NCBI GenBank assembly: GCA_030651285.1
Contig: JAUSCN010000012.1
Coordinates: 9,441 to 73,440 of the forward strand
Source of the DNA: a bacterium
GTDB lineage: Bacteria; Patescibacteriota; Minisyncoccia; Phycocordibacterales; Phycocordibacteraceae
Direction of reading: 5' to 3'
DNA: 64,000 nt
Under the pieces are notes generated by a model, which saw only the letters and a program-made list of their open reading frames with translations, made no database searches and was not told the origin of the DNA. Each line of letters opens with the position of its first letter. The first letter of the stretch is position 1. Shown one piece after another: positions 56,534 through 64,000 of this stretch. The translations under genes and the position numbers were made by a program.

Positions 56534-57238
56534 CTAGCTTACCTGAATGTTGTACTGTTCTGTATTCAAAAAGTATCCGGTAGCCGTACTGTGCCGGATA
56601 AGTGGGTATGGGAGCTTAAGGGTCTCTAGTACTGCTGCATTTATCGTGCGAACCAGTCTCGAGGTATTGGAATCGCTACTGGAGTTGAGGATCAAGGTCA
56701 TCTTCTTCAGGCTCAATCTTTCTTTTTGCAAACCTGTATAGATCAAGCGAATACAGTCCGCCTCCTTCGGCGCGAGCTCAACGACGGGTTCAAGATTTTC
56801 AAAAACTCGTAAAGTGCCAGCGCGAGCGTTTATCTGAATATTTGTCTTCTGACCTAACGGGAAGGAATGTTCTCTCTCCGAAAGTTTCTCATCGATTTTC
56901 TGTAATGGAAGAGAGTTCAGGCCAATGAGAAAGCCGTCGACTGATACTTTCGGAGGTCTAATCCGAAGAGCACCGATTCCCGCACGAACGTCGGGTTCTT
57001 TGTGAATCGTCTTATGGACCGCAAGGAGTACCTCGGCAGCTTCTATGACCTGTGCAATTTGCAGACCTTGTTTTGCTAACTCAGTTAGCGAGATCCGTTC
57101 AAGGGGTTTGAGTGTGTCTCGTTGGGTCGCTTCTGCTAAGGGGATGAGTGCCCGAACTAGACGCCACGTCGAGTGAAGCTGGGACGCGGGGAAACTATCT
57201 AATACAGCATTGAGAGCGTGGTCTGGCGACATCTCCAT
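56534..57238 (-). CDS. Hypothetical protein with possible C-terminal winged-helix domain
   Basis: LAPKEADCIRLI...SRLVRTIN...LI....TGYFLN resembles an OmpR-type wHTH. Confidence 0.6.
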   Translation of the reverse strand: MEMSPDHALNAVLDSFPASQLHSTWRLVRALIPLAEATQRDTLKPLERISLTELAKQGLQIAQVIEAAEVLLAVHKTIHKEPDVRAGIGALRIRPPKVSVDGFLIGLNSLPLQKIDEKLSEREHSFPLGQKTNIQINARAGTLRVFENLEPVVELAPKEADCIRLIYTGLQKERLSLKKMTLILNSSSDSNTSRLVRTINAAVLETLKLPYPLIRHSTATGYFLNTEQYNIQVS

Positions 57239-57325
57239 AACTATACGCCACTGTGATAATATTTATCTGTAAACCGAATAAAGAGGCCTAAACCGGCGGC
57301 GCAAGCCTCGGCACGGCCGAAAAGT

Positions 57326-57429
57326 CCTTGGAAGATAGAAAACCCATCACGTGGGCCTGTCTTCCAAGGCCATATCGGGAAACCGGTATGGGGGCCGCAA
57401 GGCCCCACCCACGTGGTGGGTTTTCTGTT
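57326..57429 (+). ncRNA. Candidate cloverleaf regulatory RNA with alternative pairing
   Basis: 19-bp outer stem, GAAA and GCAA tetraloop hairpins, loop complementary to upstream CCTTGGAAGA. Confidence 0.6.
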
Positions 57430-57463
57430 ACCTGCCGCGCGTTAGTAGCTAACGCCGACGACT

Positions 57464-57859
57464 ATGAATCTTTACCGTTCTGTTTTTTCAGGTCAGTGGA
57501 ACAGGAAGCAGTACATCATCGCCCTAGTCGTGCTTCTGTTTGTCGGCGGTGTTGCTGCACAAGTTGGTAAGGAAATCGGACCCGGAGCCTTTGTTCTTGT
57601 GTGGAGTGCGGTTTATCTGCTCACGAGCATTCTCGACGCAAAGAGACTGCGAGATCTGGAGGTGCCGGGGAAAGTTGCGCTCGCTGTAGCGCTTATTTAT
57701 ATAGCCGTTTGGGCTCCGTACACGTACGATGTTTTGGTAGGTGCGCGTCTCCCGTATCCGACCTCGAGCACACTTACATTCGTTCAGTTCTGTTATCTCG
57801 GAGGGCACTTGTACTTACTTTTTGCCAAGGGTAGCAAGAAGACCGCGCAACTCGTATGA
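57464..57859 (+). CDS. DUF805-like membrane protein
   Basis: FSGQWNRKQY, KRLRD, LYLLFAKG; TM helices. Confidence 0.75.
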   Translation: MNLYRSVFSGQWNRKQYIIALVVLLFVGGVAAQVGKEIGPGAFVLVWSAVYLLTSILDAKRLRDLEVPGKVALAVALIYIAVWAPYTYDVLVGARLPYPTSSTLTFVQFCYLGGHLYLLFAKGSKKTAQLV

Positions 57860-57919
57860 CCTCGTTGATACCAAAGGACGCTTGGTGTCGCACTTGCAGG
57901 CGAGCAATCATTTTCAAAA

Positions 57920-58204
57920 ATGACAGTACCCGCTGTCCGCACTGTGGCACTCAAACAAGATGGGTATCGCGACTTTTCTATTCGTTCTTGCGGAAGCTCC
58001 CAAACTATCTTCCTTGATATGGAGAGCTTAATCACTATTCTCGGCCAGACTTTCCTCCGTATGGATATTCCGCGAGTAGCGCGAATGGTTGACACCAGCA
58101 GAGCGAATGCTGAGGCGCAGATTCAGTCCCTAGCAGACGCTTGGCATAACGGGGACATTCGAAGCGCCATACAGGCGTTCGAGAGCGATCTCTTGCACGG
58201 ATAG
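57920..58204 (+). CDS. Hypothetical protein
   Basis: 94-aa ORF. Confidence 0.45.
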   Translation: MTVPAVRTVALKQDGYRDFSIRSCGSSQTIFLDMESLITILGQTFLRMDIPRVARMVDTSRANAEAQIQSLADAWHNGDIRSAIQAFESDLLHG

Positions 58205-58262
58205 AATCTATGGAACCGGGAATTGTATGGGAACAGGCGATAAATGTTTCCGAAAATGAGGC

Positions 58263-58685
58263 TCAAAGGCGACTGGAAGCCGCCTTCGACATATTGTTTG
58301 AAGAAACAGAACGTCGATGCCAACTAGACGTAAGACGGTGCCAGTGATTCCTTTTCAGCAGCATAATAACCAGCCAGCTTTTATAATGATTGGCCAAGCC
58401 GCCGTTTATCAGGCGCGTAAACTGGTGCACCTTAAGTAGCTCTAGGGCATCCCGGTACTCTGGGTACTTTTTTGACCAAGCATTGAGGGTATCCCTGTGT
58501 ACACCGAGATACAGGGCAAACCCCTCGATCATAGGCAATCTGACGTGCCAGCGTCCTGTGGCCACATCATAAACGTCCACGCAGCCCGCCATATAGGCCT
58601 CAAGCAGAACGCCGACCCCTGATACGTACTTCGTAGGCCTCCCACGCTTCGTAACGGCTTTTGGAGCCTGTAGAACTGCTTGCAT
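58263..58685 (-). CDS. Phage terminase small subunit-like / DNA-packaging protein
   Basis: RGRPTKY...LP.IEGFALYLGVHRDTL..W...PEY.DAL HTH pattern; TATAAT 6 nt upstream. Confidence 0.65.
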   Translation of the reverse strand: MQAVLQAPKAVTKRGRPTKYVSGVGVLLEAYMAGCVDVYDVATGRWHVRLPMIEGFALYLGVHRDTLNAWSKKYPEYRDALELLKVHQFTRLINGGLANHYKSWLVIMLLKRNHWHRLTSSWHRRSVSSNNMSKAASSRL

Positions 58686-58820
58686 AGACCCATTATAGCC
58701 CCGCTTAAAACACGGCGGAAAATGGGCCTCCTAAAGCGTCGGAAAAATACTTAAAAAGTCTCTAGAGCAAGCCTCGCGCCCCATAATTCTGCGACAGGAG
58801 TATGATATTGACACAATTCT

Positions 58821-60566
58821 ATGTATCTACGAGAACTAAACATTTCCCGTTTCCGTTCCTGCAAGGAAACGGTCGTTGAGTTTCAAAAAGAACTGACAGT
58901 GCTTGTAGGTGAGAACAACGGTGGCAAGTCAAATATATTAGACGCCATTCGGCTCCTTACCGCGCCGTTAAACGGTCGCCGTGAACGATACGCGGAGGAC
59001 ACCGATCTTAGACACGGCTCAGACCCTGCTCACTTTGAGATAGCAGGTCGATACGACGATCTAAGCGACACGCTCAAGGGGTTGCTTATAAGTGCAGTAC
59101 CGGATCCCACGAAAAACATCGCCGCTTTCGGATGTCGTTATGAGCCACGACCGGGGCGTGGAGCTCGCGGACGATATTCCTCGTGGGCTGGAAAGTTCGA
59201 TACGACGGAACCAGAGAGCGGTTCTACTGATTTGATACGGCACGTATATTTGCCTGCACTGCGTGACGCTCATCAAGCATTGGGTTCTGGAGGAGCAACG
59301 AGGGTTATGGCACTCCTTCGACATTTTCTTCCTGAAGCCGAGCAGCAGCAATTCATCGACGAAGTTCAACGCGGTGCAAATATGCCCGATGTTTTAACGA
59401 GGATGAACACTGATATCGGTGACGCGCTTACGGAACTCACGAGTGGGGTACGGCCTCAAACAGCACAGGTAAACTTCGGCAGCGAAAGTGTTCAAGATAT
59501 CGCAAGAGATTTGCGCTTCAAAATAGGAGATAGCGGCGGGGCTCTGGACGAGATTCGCACATCAGGTCTTGGGTACTCCAACCTTCTCTATATGGCCACA
59601 GTTATCGTTGAACTAACCAAGGCAAAAGAAGCCGATTTGACACTTTTTCTAGTTGAAGAACCGGAGGCTCATTTGCATCCACAACTTCAAATGATGGTGC
59701 TCGAGTTTCTTCTCGAGAAGGCAACAGCATCATTCTCTCGTGATCCTATTTCGGGCCAGCCAGAAGGACGTATACAGGTGATTGTATCAACCCATTCACC
59801 AAATCTAACCGCTTGGGCATCACCTAAGCATCTCGTTGTTGTACGCTCGCACCGTTCTAACGGCGACCTCGTTCCCTCGACTGCGTGCGTACCTGTTTCG
59901 AGCCTAGGGTTACCAGATCCTGTGCTGAGTAAAATAAACCGTTACCTTGACGTCACACGGTCAGCATTGCTTTTCGGTAGCCACGCAGCTTTGGTTGAGG
60001 GTATTGCTGAGGCATTGTTGTTACCATTATTTGCAAGAAAGTTTGTGCTTTCTAATGATCGGGATGCTCTCCTACGTTTTCGTGGCACGGTCCTTGTCCC
60101 GATAGATGGAGTAGATTTCCGACCGTATGTTGAAACGCTCTTGCGGGCTCATAGGGAAACACGCATTGCGGATCGTGTCGTTGTTATAACCGATGCCGAC
60201 CCAGCCTTGGCTGGCAACAGAAAAACTGATTTAGAGACACTGGCGACTGAACTCGGCGCAAGAGACAATCTACACGTATTTACAAACGAGGTGACCCTTG
60301 AGTACGAGCTATTCACTGCAGGCAATCGGGATTTGCTCAAAACGGTCTTCTTATGTTTGCGTCCCAGATCCGAGACTGTATGGGACGCAATGATTACGGC
60401 TAAACCAGAAGCCGAGCAAGCGCAGGCTTTCGTAGATTTGATTACAACCTCGCGTGTTCGCAAAGGCGATTTTGCGCAGGAACTTGCAGCACGTATTGAA
60501 ACCGGTGAAGCGCTCCAAGTCCCTGAATATCTCCAACAGGCGATCCGCAAAATCGCAGAGGTATGA
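58821..60566 (+). CDS. OLD-family ATP-dependent nuclease (GajA-like)
   Basis: Walker A GENNGGKS, SGLG, VEEPEAHLHPQ, STHS, TOPRIM VEGIAE and TDAD. Confidence 0.92.
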   Translation: MYLRELNISRFRSCKETVVEFQKELTVLVGENNGGKSNILDAIRLLTAPLNGRRERYAEDTDLRHGSDPAHFEIAGRYDDLSDTLKGLLISAVPDPTKNIAAFGCRYEPRPGRGARGRYSSWAGKFDTTEPESGSTDLIRHVYLPALRDAHQALGSGGATRVMALLRHFLPEAEQQQFIDEVQRGANMPDVLTRMNTDIGDALTELTSGVRPQTAQVNFGSESVQDIARDLRFKIGDSGGALDEIRTSGLGYSNLLYMATVIVELTKAKEADLTLFLVEEPEAHLHPQLQMMVLEFLLEKATASFSRDPISGQPEGRIQVIVSTHSPNLTAWASPKHLVVVRSHRSNGDLVPSTACVPVSSLGLPDPVLSKINRYLDVTRSALLFGSHAALVEGIAEALLLPLFARKFVLSNDRDALLRFRGTVLVPIDGVDFRPYVETLLRAHRETRIADRVVVITDADPALAGNRKTDLETLATELGARDNLHVFTNEVTLEYELFTAGNRDLLKTVFLCLRPRSETVWDAMITAKPEAEQAQAFVDLITTSRVRKGDFAQELAARIETGEALQVPEYLQQAIRKIAEV

Positions 60567-62326
60567 ATCTAACGCCGGAGCAGCAGCGTTTCGCCGAACA
60601 TCCTACAGAAGCGTTCGTGCAGGCCTGCCCGGGATCTGGCAAAACTAGAACGGTAGTGGCGCGTTTGGCTAATATCGCAGTTACCCTTCCGCCACGGAGA
60701 GGAATTGCGATACTTTCTTTCACAAATAAGGCAATCGAGGAGTTTAAATCTCGTGCCGCCGCAGAGGGCGTCGGGCTTCTTTTGCAACATCCGGGATATA
60801 TCGGCACCTTTGACGCATTCGTTAGACACTTTCTTTTCCTGCCTTCCGGCATTGTGGGGAGCTCTGCTAAACCACACGTAGTGGATAGTTGGGATAGTTT
60901 AGATGTTGAAATACGACTTACAGGAAGAAACGCTTTTGCTGGGGATGGGGTCAGTTTAGACCTATTTGATCCGTCAACTAACTCCGTCGATCTAACTCGA
61001 ATAACGAATGTGGCCCTCAGAACACACGTTACCAATCATAAGTTGGACTATGAGCGCTCTGCGCAAAATCGACGCCAAAATCTAATACGACAAGGATACT
61101 TTAGTGCAAGTGACGCACGCGCTGTTGCCCTAGAGCGAATAAGGCACGAGGAGTGGGGTCAAGCTCTCGGACGTGCAATGGCTGGGCGTTTCCAAGAGAT
61201 AGTTGTTGATGAAGCGCAAGATTGTAATCCGCTCGATCTTGAGGTCCTCGCGTGGCTTCGGAGCCACGGAATACAAGTGACACTCGTGTGTGATATGGAC
61301 CAGTCCATTTATGCGTTTCGAGACGGTACCCGCGCTCATCTAGAAGCATTTGCGAATACTTACAAGGAAGAAGATCGACTTACGTTGACCGGAAACTTTA
61401 GGAGTAGTCCTGCCATTTGTTCGCTTGGAGCCTCTCTTCGCACCAGAGAAGACGTCGACATTCCACTTGGTCCAGCTAGAGAAGTGGAACATCCAATCGC
61501 CTTATATCCTTACGATGGTCGATCCATATCTTCCGAAATTGGCAGATGGTTTATTAGTCACGCAGGTAGCACCAATATAAATATTCCCGTCTCGCAACTC
61601 ATAGTTCTCGCCCACAGTGAACGTGCCGCTCGTTTAGCCTCCGGCAGTTACGTTTTACCCCCTTCGGGGAAATCGAAGATTGAACGATTAGCGTGTGCCG
61701 TTAGTGAGTTTTGGGCGGGTACAACGCGACACGGGAAAAGTAAGGCCCTGTCGTCTCTCGAGAGACTTCTGCTTGATGTGACCGGACAACGAGTTGACAG
61801 CGAACCCGTAGCCCACGCGATTCAACGACTTGGTCTCGACAAGCGCTTACTTAGACGACAAGCACTTGAACTTGTGATGAGGTTGCCAAAAACCTGCCCC
61901 GACACTGATGCAGATCGTGTGGCGTGGATAGAATGTGCTAGAGCTCTTGTGTTGGAGTTAGCAATCCCATTACAACCCGGGCAGACAATCAGAACTTCTC
62001 TACAAAGTCCGCGAAACGCAGACTGGTCCAAGCATCTCGAGCAAACAGACGTCGGTACAGGATTACGCTATTCAACCATTCATAACGCTAAGGGAAGTGA
62101 GTATACGGGGGTATGTGTAGTCATACCCCCTGACGATAGGCGCGTTTTCACTGGCCAGCTTGTTGATGCGTGGGAGAGGCGATCAGACCACGAGCCCAAA
62201 CGAGTGATATACGTAGGAGCAACACGAGCAACGCACTTAGCAGCTCTTGCCGTGCCAGCGGCCATCATAGATCGTTGTGCGGCCATACTTGCTGCTGCGG
62301 AAGTGCCGCACCAAATCTGCGCTTAG
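60563..62326 (+). CDS. UvrD/Rep-like helicase (GajB-like)
   Basis: ACPGSGKT, SFTN, VDEAQD, DQSIYAFR, NFRS, TIHNAKG, YVGATRA; ATGA overlap with the OLD gene. Confidence 0.92.
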   Translation: MNLTPEQQRFAEHPTEAFVQACPGSGKTRTVVARLANIAVTLPPRRGIAILSFTNKAIEEFKSRAAAEGVGLLLQHPGYIGTFDAFVRHFLFLPSGIVGSSAKPHVVDSWDSLDVEIRLTGRNAFAGDGVSLDLFDPSTNSVDLTRITNVALRTHVTNHKLDYERSAQNRRQNLIRQGYFSASDARAVALERIRHEEWGQALGRAMAGRFQEIVVDEAQDCNPLDLEVLAWLRSHGIQVTLVCDMDQSIYAFRDGTRAHLEAFANTYKEEDRLTLTGNFRSSPAICSLGASLRTREDVDIPLGPAREVEHPIALYPYDGRSISSEIGRWFISHAGSTNINIPVSQLIVLAHSERAARLASGSYVLPPSGKSKIERLACAVSEFWAGTTRHGKSKALSSLERLLLDVTGQRVDSEPVAHAIQRLGLDKRLLRRQALELVMRLPKTCPDTDADRVAWIECARALVLELAIPLQPGQTIRTSLQSPRNADWSKHLEQTDVGTGLRYSTIHNAKGSEYTGVCVVIPPDDRRVFTGQLVDAWERRSDHEPKRVIYVGATRATHLAALAVPAAIIDRCAAILAAAEVPHQICA

Positions 62327-62341
62327 CGGTACAAAAGCCCG

Positions 62342-63913
62342 TTACATTCTCCTTTTAAGCTCAGAAAGAGATTGTTGTAATTCTTGGACTTTCTCCACTA
62401 TCCGTTTCTGCTCAGCGAGAGGAGGGAGAGGAATCAGGTGCGAGAGTATCTTCTCTCCTGATATGTTTGGCTGAGCAGCGCCTGCGCCTTTAGCGATGAG
62501 CGAAGGACGAGACTGGAGCATATATAAAAACAAGTATCGGACATCAACATACGGGGATGGGGTTCCACCCCACACGGCTTGATTCGTCACCCCCTTGTTT
62601 TCAAGAATGGAAACTCTGCCGGCTGTTGCACCGTACATCGCGATAAGTAAGTCGCCCGGCACATTCATCCGCAAATGGCATTCCTTCAGAGCTATATCAC
62701 TCACTTTTTCTTCTGCATCATCGGTTAGTACCCCGTCATTCAATTCTCCTGATTTGTACCAGTTCACGTCGCCGCTGAAATATCCATCATTCCCACGGCT
62801 AGGGGTAGAACCTGAACCGTAATCAGAGAAAACACTCCCGAAACGGGACCACTCCCACGATTCTGGTATATCGAAAGGTATCTCCTCAGGCACAACGGGC
62901 AACAATACTTTTGACCTACGCGTTTTGATAATTTCGCGCTCGGTAACGTCATCTTCTTCTTTGTTCTGTGGAACCAACTTGCCTGATACCGCTAAGGTGA
63001 GTACTGCCATCTCAAGCTCTTGGAGATCTGTTCGTGTCCTTATGAGTTCAGTAAGATGTTCGAGCGCCAACGTGTCCTCATTCTCACCGAAACGACGCAT
63101 CGCACTTCGTGTAAGCCGTTCCCGCACCGCATCTTGTTCTTTCTTCTTTGCCTCGAGATCATCGAGCTCTTTCATTACTGCCTCGACCTTTTTTACAATC
63201 CGCTTCTGTTCCGCCAGCGGCGGCAAAGTGAATGGGAAAGCTTGAAGTTGGTCCTGAGTGATACCGTCGACTGTGACACCTTTTCCTTTTATATCGAAAG
63301 TTTGATACTGAAGATAAAAATATTCAACATCGATATGTTTACTTAAAATAAGTGCTTTCAGATCTTGGTTAATCGCCATATCCCTCATCAGGATTCCGAT
63401 TTTGCCCAGCCCCATACGAGTACAAACGATGACAGAGCCTGCTTTTTTTAATAATTCTGATTTTGAACGCAAGCCCTTCTCGGTTATATGATCCTTGGTA
63501 TCGTCAATATATTTCTTGCCCGTCATATCTTTCACGCTAGCCCAAGGGATAGACCCATCCCAAAAAGAAGGATTTTGTTTCGATGGCGTACCCCCTCCTG
63601 AGATTGAGAGAATAATTTCTCCCAAACGGACCCATTTCCAAGACTTCGGAATCCCGAACGGCATCTCATCTGCGCTGACTGATTGGAGCTCTTTTGTCTT
63701 GTTCTTACGTCCGACGTTTAATGCACTCCTTGATCGTTCTTCTTGTATTTTCTTAAAGAGTTCGTCGGCGGTCCCTTCCTCTGACGCCTGCGGCACAAGC
63801 CGTCCAGAGACAGCAAGAGTGAGGACTGCTCTACGAAGGCGCACTATGCCGTCAGGCAACTCTAGAAAGTCATCTAGGTTGGCGACGATTGTACGCACAT
63901 CATTTAGTTCCAT
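62342..63913 (-). CDS. hsdS: Type I restriction-modification specificity subunit
   Basis: Two TRDs, repeated LAVSG.LVPQ, IP.SW.W.R.G and LPPLAEQKRIV conserved regions. Confidence 0.94.
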   Translation of the reverse strand: MELNDVRTIVANLDDFLELPDGIVRLRRAVLTLAVSGRLVPQASEEGTADELFKKIQEERSRSALNVGRKNKTKELQSVSADEMPFGIPKSWKWVRLGEIILSISGGGTPSKQNPSFWDGSIPWASVKDMTGKKYIDDTKDHITEKGLRSKSELLKKAGSVIVCTRMGLGKIGILMRDMAINQDLKALILSKHIDVEYFYLQYQTFDIKGKGVTVDGITQDQLQAFPFTLPPLAEQKRIVKKVEAVMKELDDLEAKKKEQDAVRERLTRSAMRRFGENEDTLALEHLTELIRTRTDLQELEMAVLTLAVSGKLVPQNKEEDDVTEREIIKTRRSKVLLPVVPEEIPFDIPESWEWSRFGSVFSDYGSGSTPSRGNDGYFSGDVNWYKSGELNDGVLTDDAEEKVSDIALKECHLRMNVPGDLLIAMYGATAGRVSILENKGVTNQAVWGGTPSPYVDVRYLFLYMLQSRPSLIAKGAGAAQPNISGEKILSHLIPLPPLAEQKRIVEKVQELQQSLSELKRRM

Positions 63914-64000
63914 TGTGCGATAGAGCGTCCTCCAAAAGCGCTCTGATTTTATCCAGTGCTTTCTTGGTTTCCTCCTGCTTGGTGCGATAGGTAGCAAGAA
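63900..64000 (-). CDS. 3' end of upstream gene, probably type I methyltransferase (partial)
   Basis: Open frame LATYRTKQEETKKALDKIRALLEDALSHNGTK* overlapping the hsdS start; hsdM is a synteny inference. Confidence 0.5.
   Translation of the reverse strand, partial: LATYRTKQEETKKALDKIRALLEDALSHNGTK

Larger units (their letters stand above)
53594..64000. mobile_element. Integrated element / defence island at tRNA-Asn (right end outside the window)
   Basis: Serine recombinase abutting the tRNA, followed by phage-like and defence genes only. Confidence 0.8.

Noticed and set aside
62342-63913. Internal repeats of hsdS as a phase-variation shufflon
   Set aside because: They are the normal conserved regions of a two-TRD HsdS; no silent TRDs or inverted repeats are visible in the window.
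1-64000. Alternative genetic code 25 (TGA=Gly)
   Set aside because: Conserved genes (scpA, mraY, gltX, cysS) end at TGA at their expected lengths.

Overview
Bacterial chromosome segment in genetic code 11 (TGA is used as stop). The gene set and style point to a CPR/Patescibacteria (Parcubacteria-like) genome; this is an inference. Most of the window is housekeeping: scpA/scpB, dacA-mraY-ftsW-murG-gltX, rpmA, rplI, ctpA, corA, cysS, dnaB, recR, a DEAD-box helicase, rplU, rmuC, mraZ-rsmH-ftsI-murF, lysS, greA, ppdK, mreB-mreC-mrdA, proS, rseP, frr, a second mreB, murA and a def-fmt fusion. Two tRNA genes anchor accessory DNA. (1) Downstream of tRNA-Glu(CTC) is an integrase-free array of three 0.7-1.5 kb cargo segments. 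Each ends in a ~117-bp repeat that carries a degenerate copy of the tRNA 3' end and an open, start-less reading frame. (2) At tRNA-Asn(GTT) begins an integrated element that runs off the window. It has a large serine recombinase whose stop codon lies inside the tRNA, three strongly folding non-coding segments, a terminase-small-subunit-like gene, an OLD nuclease + UvrD (Gabija-like) pair and type I RM genes. Also notable: a duplicated rmuC 3' end flanking an inserted gene, a probably foreign ppdK, and widespread -10 boxes 6-8 nt before start codons, suggesting leaderless mRNAs. All protein calls come from motif recognition by eye; no searches were run.
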